Assembly (NCBI GenBank): GCA_964442465.1 | Contig: CAYUEH010000001.1 | Span: forward strand, 1-62,717 | Origin: an uncultured Laspinema sp. | GTDB lineage: Bacteria; Cyanobacteriota; Cyanobacteriia; Cyanobacteriales; Laspinemataceae | DNA length: 62,717 bases | Direction of reading: 5' to 3' | Shown here: positions 8,710 through 18,479 of the stretch, piece by piece | Layout: each line of letters begins with the position of its first letter | Numbering within the stretch: the stretch's first letter is position 1 | Notes under the pieces: model-generated | What the model was told of the DNA's origin: nothing | Database searches by the model: none | The model's input: the letters and a program-made list of their open reading frames with translations, nothing else | Made by a program: the position numbers and the translations under genes

Positions 8710-10467
8710 TTAGTCTGACCAAGCCTCCTGATTAAATTGTATGCTATGGGGCGGTAGAATATTTGGATCTTCCCAAAGTAAAGTCAGATGGTGACCAATA
8801 TGCTCATCATCTTTTTGGACAAGTGACTCGCATCGCTTGTCCAAGATCTGTTCGGGAATATCACCGACCTTGCAATCGAGAATACTCTCTATACAAGCGC
8901 TCAATTCAATTCGCCGCGACCATAACGCAACTGGAAGCGCTGTTCTGTTAGCAATAAAGTCTAAAACTTGACCCACTTTTGAGCTGTCCAAATTCTGCAA
9001 AACTGCCATTTCAGCCGAGCGTAAATTGTAAAAGATGCTGCCACGGTTGAAGTTTTTACAGTCAACATACACAAAGGTTGTCTTGGCTGATTGGTTGAGT
9101 TTACCTTGAACAAAACGCCATTTTTCTTGCCAGCGTTTATAATATTGAAATCCTGTTGGGGATAGCTTCGGATGTGATCGCATCACCAATTTATACTGAC
9201 TGCCTAGAGTCAATCCCGACGACTCAATCATGCAATCACTCAGGTTAAGATGGAGCCAATCCCTACGCATGAAAATATGAAGGGTAGGATGGGGATAAGG
9301 CGATTCCTCTATTAGCCAATCATCCAGAAAGCTGGACAACTCTTCAAGTAGTAGCATTTTTTTCTCAAGCAAAGGAGTAGAAAGCCTTTCGGCATCCCAT
9401 ATGGAAAGTCGAACTCCTGGAGATTGCTCATAGGGAATTACTTCAATAATTAAATGGTTAGTTAATTTTAAAAATGGGGTATCTTTTAATTCTTTTTCTT
9501 TGGCATCCTCAGCGCATTTTTTTAATTTTTCCCAGTTGTATCCCATCAATTTAACCCAAATTTTAAGCTCTTTCAGCAAGTTGTCCCCGATGGGTTCCAA
9601 AGCTAGAAAAGCCGCAAATTGAATTAGTCTATCAAATTCTCCCCAATTGCGATTGCTTAGGCCACAGACCAATAAAAGCCGCTCTCGACGTGTTTTCTTC
9701 CCATTACAGGTCCCATCGGGGTCGCAATAACGTAATGCAGAGGTAATCGCACTTTGTAGATGTTGGCGTTGGGGCTGCTCCAATTCCCTTAAACGCGCTT
9801 CCAATAAATCATCAAGACTGTAAGCAGTTAACTCTTTCAAAAAAAGCTCTAAAGATTTTCGAGAAATAGCGTAAGCTTTACCCTTTGTTTCCTGTGCTGT
9901 TGCCAGCATTCCAACCACAGCGTATCGGGTATTATTCCACATGGGCGCACCGCTAAACCCTTGGCCAATTGTATCGTTACCGACTGTCTGCGCTTTGGTA
10001 AAACGTAGACGATTTCCAGTAGAACTTCCATTATAAATATAATCAGTAGATCTTGTCCCACCAGAACTGGCAAAGCTACAGGCAAAATAAATATCATTTG
10101 AATGCTCCTGAGTTATATCGGCCATAAGAATAGGTTTAACATTCTCAGGGGTCTCTCCTAAAAGCTTTAATCCGGCGACGTCTTCCGATTCACTATCGTA
10201 GGGCAACCAACTAACTACTTCAGCATTAATTTTTTTAGAGGGTGCAACAACTGGAAAATCCAGTATTATTACTTCTGTAGGCTTACTAGGATAGGCGATA
10301 AACTTATCTTTATCAATCCCCATCGCTTGTAACACGACATGAGCACAAGTTAACACGTAACCATGAGCAACTAAAAAGCCTGTCCCCACTGTCACACCTT
10401 TAACGTTAAAAACTCGAACAATTGCTCGTTCGTAATCGTCAATTGTAAATTTTACTTCTTCGCCCAT
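8710..10467 (-). CDS. trypsin-like peptidase fused to vMAP (VMAP-C) domain
   Basis: GTGFLV..VLTCAHVV (His), DVAGLKL (Asp), GFSGAPMW (Ser); C-terminal LPVALWSR...HHLTLLWEDP typical of VMAP-C; adjacent to MoxR. Confidence 0.82.
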   Translation of the reverse strand: MGEEVKFTIDDYERAIVRVFNVKGVTVGTGFLVAHGYVLTCAHVVLQAMGIDKDKFIAYPSKPTEVIILDFPVVAPSKKINAEVVSWLPYDSESEDVAGLKLLGETPENVKPILMADITQEHSNDIYFACSFASSGGTRSTDYIYNGSSTGNRLRFTKAQTVGNDTIGQGFSGAPMWNNTRYAVVGMLATAQETKGKAYAISRKSLELFLKELTAYSLDDLLEARLRELEQPQRQHLQSAITSALRYCDPDGTCNGKKTRRERLLLVCGLSNRNWGEFDRLIQFAAFLALEPIGDNLLKELKIWVKLMGYNWEKLKKCAEDAKEKELKDTPFLKLTNHLIIEVIPYEQSPGVRLSIWDAERLSTPLLEKKMLLLEELSSFLDDWLIEESPYPHPTLHIFMRRDWLHLNLSDCMIESSGLTLGSQYKLVMRSHPKLSPTGFQYYKRWQEKWRFVQGKLNQSAKTTFVYVDCKNFNRGSIFYNLRSAEMAVLQNLDSSKVGQVLDFIANRTALPVALWSRRIELSACIESILDCKVGDIPEQILDKRCESLVQKDDEHIGHHLTLLWEDPNILPPHSIQFNQEAWSD

Positions 10468-10775
10468 TTCAAAGTAATTTCATAAGTTGCTTCTCCGCCC
10501 ACAGTCGTTAAGACTGCACCAACCTGACCACTCAGTTTTACACTAAACTTGACTTCAACTTCATCGGCTGGATCTGCCAATTTATCTAAACGCTGTTTAA
10601 CAGCCTTAATCATCGGCACCAAATTATCAATTGCTTGCTCAAAGGTCTTTTCTGCGCGGGCAGCAATCTTGTCCCCATCTATAGAGATGGGTTCAAGTTT
10701 GTCACTAGCAACATCTTCGACTTCAACCAAAATACTCTGACCAACACCAATCTCGAATTCAACAAGCTGTTTCAT
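10452..10775 (-). CDS. trypsin-co-occurring domain protein (Trypco1 / CU044_2847 family)
   Basis: LVEFEI..GQSILVEV...ADEVEVKFSVKLSGQVGAVLT..GEATYEITLKW; overlaps the trypsin gene start. Confidence 0.8.
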   Translation of the reverse strand: MKQLVEFEIGVGQSILVEVEDVASDKLEPISIDGDKIAARAEKTFEQAIDNLVPMIKAVKQRLDKLADPADEVEVKFSVKLSGQVGAVLTTVGGEATYEITLKWAKK

Positions 10776-11146
10776 AAATTGGGCTAACTGATAGTATGAC
10801 TTTACGATAGTCAATATCCTATCACGGGAATTGACTGACTTAACTGCATCAATTTTAAGAAAAAGCCGAATTTGGGGCCTTGATAGTTGAAGTTATAGTA
10901 CAGCCGCATGGGATCCTCACCCAGGTTTAAAGATAAGGAGTATTAGGATAGAACTGAGGCCGACTACTCCCACCGGGTGGATACCGAAAACCATCGCTCC
11001 CTAATAAACCCTAGCGGCTTTTTCCCAGCGGATCACTGGGTTAAATGTCAAGAAGGCGGCATAATAGATTCTCTGCGACTAAACTCTCAAGTTGAGACCG
11101 CAGTGCTGTGGCTGTTATTCTACATTCCGCCGATCAAATGGGAGAG

Positions 11147-11344
11147 TAGGGAATATTCCAAAACCATGACCCGCATAGCATCTAACGTGATTGGCTAGGA
11201 TTTTGAGCCGATCGCCCGGTCGTTTCTTCCGTGGTATGGCGGAGATAGGGAATATTCCAAAACCATGACCCGCATAGCATCTAACGTGATTAGCTAGGAT
11301 TTTGAGCCGATCGCCCGGTCGTTTCTTCCGTGGTATGGCGGAGA
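11147..11344. repeat. 99-bp tandem duplication
   Basis: 11147-11245 and 11246-11344 differ at one visible position; partial third copy at 11361-11377. Confidence 0.92.
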
Positions 11345-11378
11345 TGCTGTCTTCCTCTCGTTTGAGCCGATCGCCCAG

Positions 11379-11480
11379 TTGTTTGAGCAACAGTCTGGGC
11401 GCTACTTCCAGACTGGCTCCGTGGGGGGTGGATTTGATTTAGTGGCGATCGCGGGGTTGAGTTTGTTGCCATCCAGCCTA
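11379..11480 (+). pseudogene. GNAT relic
   Basis: GCGCTACTTCCAGACTGGCTCCGTG matches 2138-2162 of the GNAT gene, with weaker similarity continuing. Confidence 0.7.
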
Positions 11481-11639
11481 AAAAAAAATGGTGGTGGTTT
11501 TGTTAGGCCAACCGGCTGGGATTGCAGCCGAACATTAACCCCTCACTTATCCGTTGTTCGGTCAATTCGGATTAACTCCCGATTGCGGTTATGGCTGCTT
11601 CGGAGTGCGTTCAGATTTTGGAGATGGCAGGGCCAAAAT

Positions 11640-13150
11640 ATTGCCCGTCTATCAGACGATCGGTTCGAGGGCTGGCGGACCGATCACCCCGAAGAAAGGG
11701 GCCATTCTTTTCCGTCGGCAATAGGACTACTTTTGGATTTGGGGCCAGTTATGTTAGGACTCAGTTTTGGCTGTAGGTCTTGTTGACTGAGTGACCGATC
11801 GCCTTAAAGGAAGGGACTCTTCTGGTCGCTGAGTTTAAGATTGGCTGACCGATCGCCTCAAAGGAATGGACCATATCTTTTCCCTGGAAGATAGGACTGC
11901 TCTGTTTTGAGTTGGGGCCAGTTGTGGTTGTGATTCTCTCAGGCGGTAGGTCTCAATTCCATCGCCAATAGGACCACTCTGGTTTGATTCGGGGCCAATT
12001 TTGTTTAGGATTCAGTCGGGCGATCGGTTCCGTGTTAACTGACTAATCGCCTCAAATGAAGGGACCATCTTCTTCCTCACAAATAGGACCACTCTATTTT
12101 TAAGTTGGGGGACCGTTCTGCTGGGGATTCAGTGGGGCGATAGGTCTTGGTATTGACTGACCAAGCGCCTCAAATGAAAGGGTCATTTTTATCCATCGCA
12201 AATAGGATCACTCTATTTTGGGGTGGGGGCCAGTTGTGTTTGCTGTTCAGTCCGGCGCTAGGTCTTGGTACTGGCTAACCGATCGCCTCGAATCAAGGGA
12301 CCCTGTGCCCAACTGCGCGGAAGTTTTCAAGTGTTCAAAATAAGCACTTGAAATTGAGTTCATCCCCAGTCCCTCGCAGGTAGCCGACTGCCTCAAAGGA
12401 AAGGGCCATTTTCCTTTCAGTTCGGTGCTGAGTGACTGATCCCCTCGAACAGCGGAGCCATTCTTCTCAACCCAACATTATGCGGACTTTGTTTTCGGGG
12501 CGAGGCATCGTGGTTTTGTTGGAAGGGACCTGGACGTCTATCCTGCTAACGTTTTCAGTTCCCGCCGGTGTTGTTTTTCCTAATCTTGGGTAGGGAGCCT
12601 TTGGCGCAAGGAGAAACCGAAACTGTCTACTGACGAGAAATTTAAGGGGGGAGCGGGTATGGCGATCTCTGCAACAAAATTGCTCCAGTTGTCGAACAGG
12701 GTCCGTACCGCTCGGGCCAACGGGCTTTGGGCTGGTAATCATTCAGTTCCTGTAAGGAAGAAGCCATTTTTTTCATAGCCAATAGGACCACTTTGGTTGG
12801 GTTCGATGTCATTTTTCCTTGGGGTTCACTCAGGCGATCTGTTCGAGGGCTGGCGGATTGAGCACCCCAAGTGAATGAGCCATCTTCTTCATGGCAAATA
12901 GGACCGCTTTGTTGGGGTCGGGGCCAGTTGTCCGGGCAATCCTCTCAGGCGGTAAGTCTCGGTAGCAGTTGACCGATCGCATCAAATGACAGATCCATTC
13001 TTTTCCACTCAGTTTGGTACAGACTGACCGGATCGCCTCAAACGAGGGGGCCATTCTTTTTCACACAGTTCGTTGCTGAGTGACCGATCGCCCTGAAGGA
13101 ATGAGCCATCTTCTTCATCGGCAATAGGACTACTTTCGGGTTTGGGGGCT
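11640..13150. repeat. degenerate ~115-120 bp tandem repeat array with HIP1-like hairpins
   Basis: Recurrent GACCGATCGCCTCAAA.GAAGGGCCAT...AATAGGACCAC...GGGGCCAGTTG...GGCGATCGGT; AATAGGA anchors near 11967, 12082, 12201, 12781, 12897; interrupted at about 12470-12750. Confidence 0.85.
12324..12352. repeat. TTCAAGTGCTCA-N3-TGAGCACTTGAA palindrome family copy
   Basis: Related copies at 48934-48962, 61781-61811 (perfect 14-bp arms) and 62079-62107. Confidence 0.75.
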
Positions 13151-13253
13151 AGACATCCTAATTTTCGGGAATTTCTAGCGTTTCCCTTCCGTATTTACTT
13201 CTACAATACATTTCGTCCTGCAGAATGTGGGATTTAACTGATGAGCGCCAATA

Positions 13254-14455
13254 GGGAGCATCCCAGTTAAGGACTAAGCATAAATACTTAAATGAAAGTC
13301 CCCATTAAGATAAGCACAGCGTAAGCGAAGGATTTTAGATACAGATTGAGGAAGCCATTGTGCTCCTCCAAGTTTTACACGAGCGCCAATCCGTTTAACC
13401 GTAGATTCAACCGCACCTGAACCAATGGCGTACCCAAGGGATTGATATAAATCATAGTTAACCAGACGGTAGCGATGTTTTGCTAAATAAGCCCGAAAAT
13501 TCTGTACCAAGTGTCCCTTTCTTCCCGAGAGTTCCTCTAAGACTTCATCGATACAACCTCGCCATAGTGAGGTTTCTAGGCGTTTTAACTGTTCAGATGA
13601 CCCCCCAATTTTGTGGAGATTTTCCACCAGATGATACCAATCCAGTACATCCCTTCGCTCCGATTCCGGTTTTAACTCACTGATGATGTTCCAAACTCCA
13701 TCATGACCATCACCAACGGCGGTGATCATCCGGCTTAAGGATTGCTTATGTACCCAACTGATTAGAGCGTCATTCTCTTGAAAATAGGCTTGGCACACTG
13801 AATCATGTAGACTTACCGCTTTATAATCTCGCCATTGACAAGGTCCTGGTTTTTCGGTTCTCAAGCGGACTTTTCCCCCATCTACACTGAGGCTATCCAC
13901 CTTTTGTTTACTGTCGGCGTGAGGAAATTCACTTTTTTGTACTAAACGATGGAGACTACTGTGTCCTATTTTGATGCCCATCATCAGTGCCAGATCTTGT
14001 TCGGCTTCGTCATAGGAAGACTTAGCACTAGCTACCCAACAACATTTGGTCACCACTGGACTTAACTGAGTCCTGGGCGCTAATCCTAGCTGCTTTGCCC
14101 GACGGCTATTGACTGTTACTATGCCGATACAGGTTTTTACTTGCCGTTTTTTTCCTTTGATTGAAGGCTCCCCTGAAGAAAAAAAAATGCGCCGATTTCT
14201 GGTCCGACCGTTTCGAGTATATGTTTTCTTGCAGCTAACTCGATCTGCTCAAAGCTTTGTAATTGCTCATTGGGAGTTTCCTCTTTTAAAAGTTTCGCTA
14301 CTTCGCGCAGATGGTACTTAAGTTTTTGTTCTTTAGCTGGGGTCATAATGTTTTTGTCCTTGATGTTGGATTTTTTCACATTTTACCTTTTTTTGGGTTC
14401 CCATCCCTACTGTAACACAGAGTATAAATACTTAGGTCATTACTGGGATGCTCCC
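13254..14455 (-). mobile_element. complete ISKra4-family insertion sequence
   Basis: 14-bp perfect terminal IR GGGAGCATCCCAGT (13254-13267; 14442-14455); 8-bp target duplication CGCCAATA (13246-13253; 14456-14463). Confidence 0.9.
13274..14346 (-). CDS. ISKra4-family DDE transposase in two frames, probable programmed frameshift
   Basis: orfA MTPAKEQKLK...GPEIGAFF ending at a T-run near 14179-14187; orfB SVDGGKVRLR, GDGHDGVW, LDWYHL.ENL, IGSGAVES. Confidence 0.85.
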
Positions 14456-14602
14456 CGCCAATAGACCCTTCGGTTCTTAGGGCCTCCTGCCCGAAGTATT
14501 ATTTACTGAAGTGATTCAACCGGCGGGATCTGGGTTCCAAATCTGAGAGTTTTGGGAGTGCGAGTATCTTGTTCGCTATTTTTCACAAATCAGATAAAGT
14601 TG

Positions 14603-16783
14603 CTACATACCTTCCAACCGAAGAAAATCTATTCTATCGGAGCGTCCACCACCAACAATAGTTCTCCCATCAGAAGAAATAGCACAGGCATTTAATTCCC
14701 CCTCACTGTTAAAGGTTGCAATCTCCTGACCACTCTCTAAATTCCAAACTTTAAGGGTTTGATCCCATGACCCTGAAACGGCGAATCGCCCATCTGGTGT
14801 AATCGCGACTGCCCGTACCCAGTAGTTATGACCAATCAGAGTTTTCAGTTTAACTCCACTATCAATATCCCAAACGTTAAGAGTCATGTCATCTGAAGCA
14901 GAAATAGCCAGTTTTCCATCAGGAGTAATGGCAACCGCACTTACCCAGCCGATGTGGTTCGTAAGAGTACGCAATTCAGTTCCACTATTTAAATCCCAGA
15001 CTTTGAGAGTCTTATCTCGTGAAGCAGAAACAGCCAGTCGTTCATCAGGAGTAATAGCAATTGCGGATACATTAGAATGTCCTTGGAGAATATGAAGTTC
15101 ATTTCCACTCTGCAAATTCCAAAACTTAAGACTGTTATTACGACATTCACAAATAACATTTTGACCATCAGCAGTAATAGCAATTATTTTCCCTAAATCC
15201 TGCCGCGTAATACTACGGAGTTCTTTCCCGCTCTGCACATTCCATATTTTGATAGTGTTATTTGAAGCAGAAATAGCCTGTTGTTTGTCGGGAGTAATCA
15301 CCACGGTCGTTACGGAATCTTCATGCCCAGTTAAAGTAAGTATTTCAGTTCCACTTGGCAAATCCCATATTTTGATAGTACGGTCATCTGAAGCAGAAGC
15401 AGCTAATTGTCCATCAGAACTAATTGCGACTGCATTTATCCAGTCCTTATGCCCGATTAAAGCAACGTTTTCAGCATCTAAATTCCAAACTTTTATGGTA
15501 TTATCAGAGGATGCTGAAACCATCCATTTTCCGTCAGGGGTAATGGCTACTGCATTCACAACTAAGGTATGTCCAGAAAAGGTTTGCATTTCTTGCCCTG
15601 TGTGTAAATCGTAGGCTTTAATATAAGAATTATTTAAACCACAAATAGCTAGACTTCCATTCGGAGTAATAGCTATGGCGTGAAAAAGATTGGTCTTTTC
15701 TAAACCAATGGATATTTCGGTTCCACTACTTAAATCCCAGACTCTTAGGGTATCATCATCAGAAATAGAAACTGCCAACTTACCGTCAGGAGTAATAGAG
15801 ACTGCCCTTACAATACGATTATGTCCAATGAGGATGCTTACTTCGTTTCCGCTATGCAAATCCCAAACTCTAATGGTTTTATCCTCTCCACAAGAAACAG
15901 CCACTTGTCCATCAGGGTTGATGGCAACTCCATTCACTGATCCCGTATGTCCGATGAGGGTACGCACTTCGTCTCCACTATTCAATTCCCAAACTTTAAG
16001 GGTTTTATCCCCTGAAGCGGATACGATCAGTTGACCATCGGGAGAGATAGCGACTGCGTTGACGCCACTATCATGTCCTACCAGAGTCCGCCGTTCCGTT
16101 TTACTGTGTAAATCCCAGACTTTTAGAGTGCAATCACCTGAACCTGAAACAGCTAGTTGTCCATTAGGAGTGATTGCAATCCCATTAATCTTGTTATCGT
16201 GACCAGTGAGGGTACCCAACTCAACTCCGCTCTGTAAATCCCAGACTTTAAGATTGTCATCATCTGAACCTGAAACAGCTATTTTTCCATCTGGAGTAAT
16301 AGCGACTGCTTGTACCCAGTCACGATGCCCACTTAAGGTCCGAAGCAAGGGTCCTCCTGGTGGTGTCAGATTAGATGTCAGCGGGCGCAACCAGGGATAT
16401 TCTAATGCCTGTGTTTGAGCAAGCATTGCTTGAATTTCAGGCTTTTTAAAGGGCAGTAAACGACCCCAGAGTTGTCCTGCTAGTTGTGTTGGGTCATCAG
16501 TTAGAACATTGGCCCCTAAGCTAATTGCACTTTTAATTAATTTCAGACTATCTTTTTTTTCGTCAGATATCATGATATCAGGTGCTAAAGCTAAATCATA
16601 ATCCTCAATTAATATCTGTGGTGTTAATTCATAAACCTTAGCTTCAATAAAATCAAAATCAGTCAAAAAACGAAATAATTTGTTGTTACAGCCAGCTTTT
16701 GCCATGTGACTTGGCAAGTCTTTTAAGGCATAATTTCGATTGTCATCAGATAAGCTGGCTAACCAATCAAATATCTTCATCAT
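14603..16783 (-). CDS. WD40-repeat sensor protein with N-terminal APAF1-like helical domain (14 repeats)
   Basis: 14 GH..V.AVAITPDG...VWDL-type repeats (two 7-bladed propellers); N-terminal LTDFDFIEAK..QLAGQLWGRL..PWLRPL; start overlaps the NTPase stop. Confidence 0.92.
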   Translation of the reverse strand: MMKIFDWLASLSDDNRNYALKDLPSHMAKAGCNNKLFRFLTDFDFIEAKVYELTPQILIEDYDLALAPDIMISDEKKDSLKLIKSAISLGANVLTDDPTQLAGQLWGRLLPFKKPEIQAMLAQTQALEYPWLRPLTSNLTPPGGPLLRTLSGHRDWVQAVAITPDGKIAVSGSDDDNLKVWDLQSGVELGTLTGHDNKINGIAITPNGQLAVSGSGDCTLKVWDLHSKTERRTLVGHDSGVNAVAISPDGQLIVSASGDKTLKVWELNSGDEVRTLIGHTGSVNGVAINPDGQVAVSCGEDKTIRVWDLHSGNEVSILIGHNRIVRAVSITPDGKLAVSISDDDTLRVWDLSSGTEISIGLEKTNLFHAIAITPNGSLAICGLNNSYIKAYDLHTGQEMQTFSGHTLVVNAVAITPDGKWMVSASSDNTIKVWNLDAENVALIGHKDWINAVAISSDGQLAASASDDRTIKIWDLPSGTEILTLTGHEDSVTTVVITPDKQQAISASNNTIKIWNVQSGKELRSITRQDLGKIIAITADGQNVICECRNNSLKFWNLQSGNELHILQGHSNVSAIAITPDERLAVSASRDKTLKVWDLNSGTELRTLTNHIGWVSAVAITPDGKLAISASDDMTLNVWDIDSGVKLKTLIGHNYWVRAVAITPDGRFAVSGSWDQTLKVWNLESGQEIATFNSEGELNACAISSDGRTIVGGGRSDRIDFLRLEGM

Positions 16784-18149
16784 TATCAAACAACCCTTTT
16801 GTCAAACGATTGACTATTAATTGATTTATCCCTGGAATTGTCAGCCCTGTTTCCTCTAAAATGTCCTGACGGTGCAAAAAATCTCGAAAACTGGTGTGGT
16901 AAATGATATAGCGCTTTTGATGATCTTTGATAAAATTGTGTAAAAACTGTTTCCACTCATTCAATACAGGTTGCACGAGAGAAGCATTTTCTCCAGAAAA
17001 TTCACAAATTTGTTGGCGAGAAACAGGCTGTTTTACCTCTCCTAAAATGTAGACAATTTTAATTTTAGCCTCGGGCAATGGATTAGCTCTCATTCCCATG
17101 CGTTGCCAGTGAAAACTATAGTAACTCTGTAGCCCTTGAGGGAAGCTTTCCAGAGTTAAATCTTTATAGAATCCTTTTTCAATGTCTAGCAGGACATAGC
17201 GCAAGTACATGAAATTGTTTTCACTTTTATTTGCTATATTGTCAATGAATACAACAATCGTTTCTCGGCGTTCGTCAATCTGCTGTCGTAGATTCTCACT
17301 GTCATCAACCCGGTTTTGGATATATAGGCGCACATCTCGCTGGCTATCAATCTGATAGTCTAACAAACTGATAATCTGCATGGGTGCGTAGGTTGTAAAC
17401 GGCACATCTACATCCCGTCGCCTGGTCATTACGAAATATACCCCTTCGGGTAAATGAGGTGGCAAATATAAAATATTGGCATCTCTGTAGCTAAGGGAGT
17501 CAACCTCATCTAAAGCATCAATCGCAATCACTACAGGCTTACCATTCCTTCTTTGAGCTACTTCATCCAAAAGTTGCCCGAAAAATTCTCCATCTTGTGT
17601 TGCATTCGATGGTAAAGGGTCATAAGGAAGTTCGTAACGGGCAACCAGTTGCTTGCAAACATTTTCCAAGAATTGGTCTGCGCGATTAAGCCCTTGCAGT
17701 TGGATGTTAAAATGAGCGATGCACCCAGTATCTTGCACGTACTTTGCAAGGATGGCGCTTTTACCCTGCCCGGGGTCACCAATAATAGTGAAGTAGCCCT
17801 TTTTGTTTTCTTGTATGAAGGCTTGTATGGTATCAAACACGTACTCGCGTCCAACGAAACCTTCTGTTTTGTCTTGGATTAGTGACTGAAACTGGCTGAA
17901 AAAAGTTGATGGCTTCTGGATCGTGCGGATGAGGGCTTGCATAGCCTCATTGTTAAATTCTAAGTAAGTGCGATCGCCAATCTGAATATCCTTTGCTTCA
18001 CCAATGTTGACGTTGTATTTGCCTAGCTGTGTTGCAACCTGTCCATCTTCAGCCAGCAATCCCTGAAGCAGAACAGCAATATCTTCATCGGTTTGCTGCC
18101 CTTTTTTAATTCGATTCAAAATTTGGTTGAGATTTTCAGAAATTGTCAT
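16767..18149 (-). CDS. EAD10-like domain + STAND/NACHT-like NTPase
   Basis: N-terminal LNQILNRI...QLGKYNVNIGEAKDIQIGD; GDPGQGKS and IAIDALDE; close paralog of the C-terminal half of 4767-7730 (ORF track starts at 18191). Confidence 0.82.
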   Translation of the reverse strand: MTISENLNQILNRIKKGQQTDEDIAVLLQGLLAEDGQVATQLGKYNVNIGEAKDIQIGDRTYLEFNNEAMQALIRTIQKPSTFFSQFQSLIQDKTEGFVGREYVFDTIQAFIQENKKGYFTIIGDPGQGKSAILAKYVQDTGCIAHFNIQLQGLNRADQFLENVCKQLVARYELPYDPLPSNATQDGEFFGQLLDEVAQRRNGKPVVIAIDALDEVDSLSYRDANILYLPPHLPEGVYFVMTRRRDVDVPFTTYAPMQIISLLDYQIDSQRDVRLYIQNRVDDSENLRQQIDERRETIVVFIDNIANKSENNFMYLRYVLLDIEKGFYKDLTLESFPQGLQSYYSFHWQRMGMRANPLPEAKIKIVYILGEVKQPVSRQQICEFSGENASLVQPVLNEWKQFLHNFIKDHQKRYIIYHTSFRDFLHRQDILEETGLTIPGINQLIVNRLTKGLFDNDEDI

Positions 18150-18479
18150 TTGATACCTTTGTACCTTGTGCCTAGCTGAAAGGATGACCATAGGACTACA
18201 AACTCGATTATCTAAGAGATGTAGTTTGTAAGCTCCTTCAATAAAAAGGTTGTTTATGGGGGTAGAGTTTCATAAAAGCCATGCTCAACTCCTGGAATTT
18301 TTTATGGAATCCATCCATTTAATTCCCTAAAGTCTACCTTTGTCAAGGGGCAATTCTATCAGTTCTCGGACTTCAGCACGGGGGCAAAAATAATTGCATC
18401 CTTTCAAATAGTCGGGGCAAGGATTTCACGAAATCAAGATATGCAATTTATTTTGCTTGCCTGCTGTCACTTTCACAGT

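Noticed and set aside
11640-13150. CRISPR array
   Set aside because: Units are homologous over their whole length and degenerate, there are no unique spacers and no cas genes in the window
16767-16789. Sequencing frameshift splitting one NLR gene
   Set aside because: The paralog at 4767-4774 is split at the equivalent position with its own overlapping ATG
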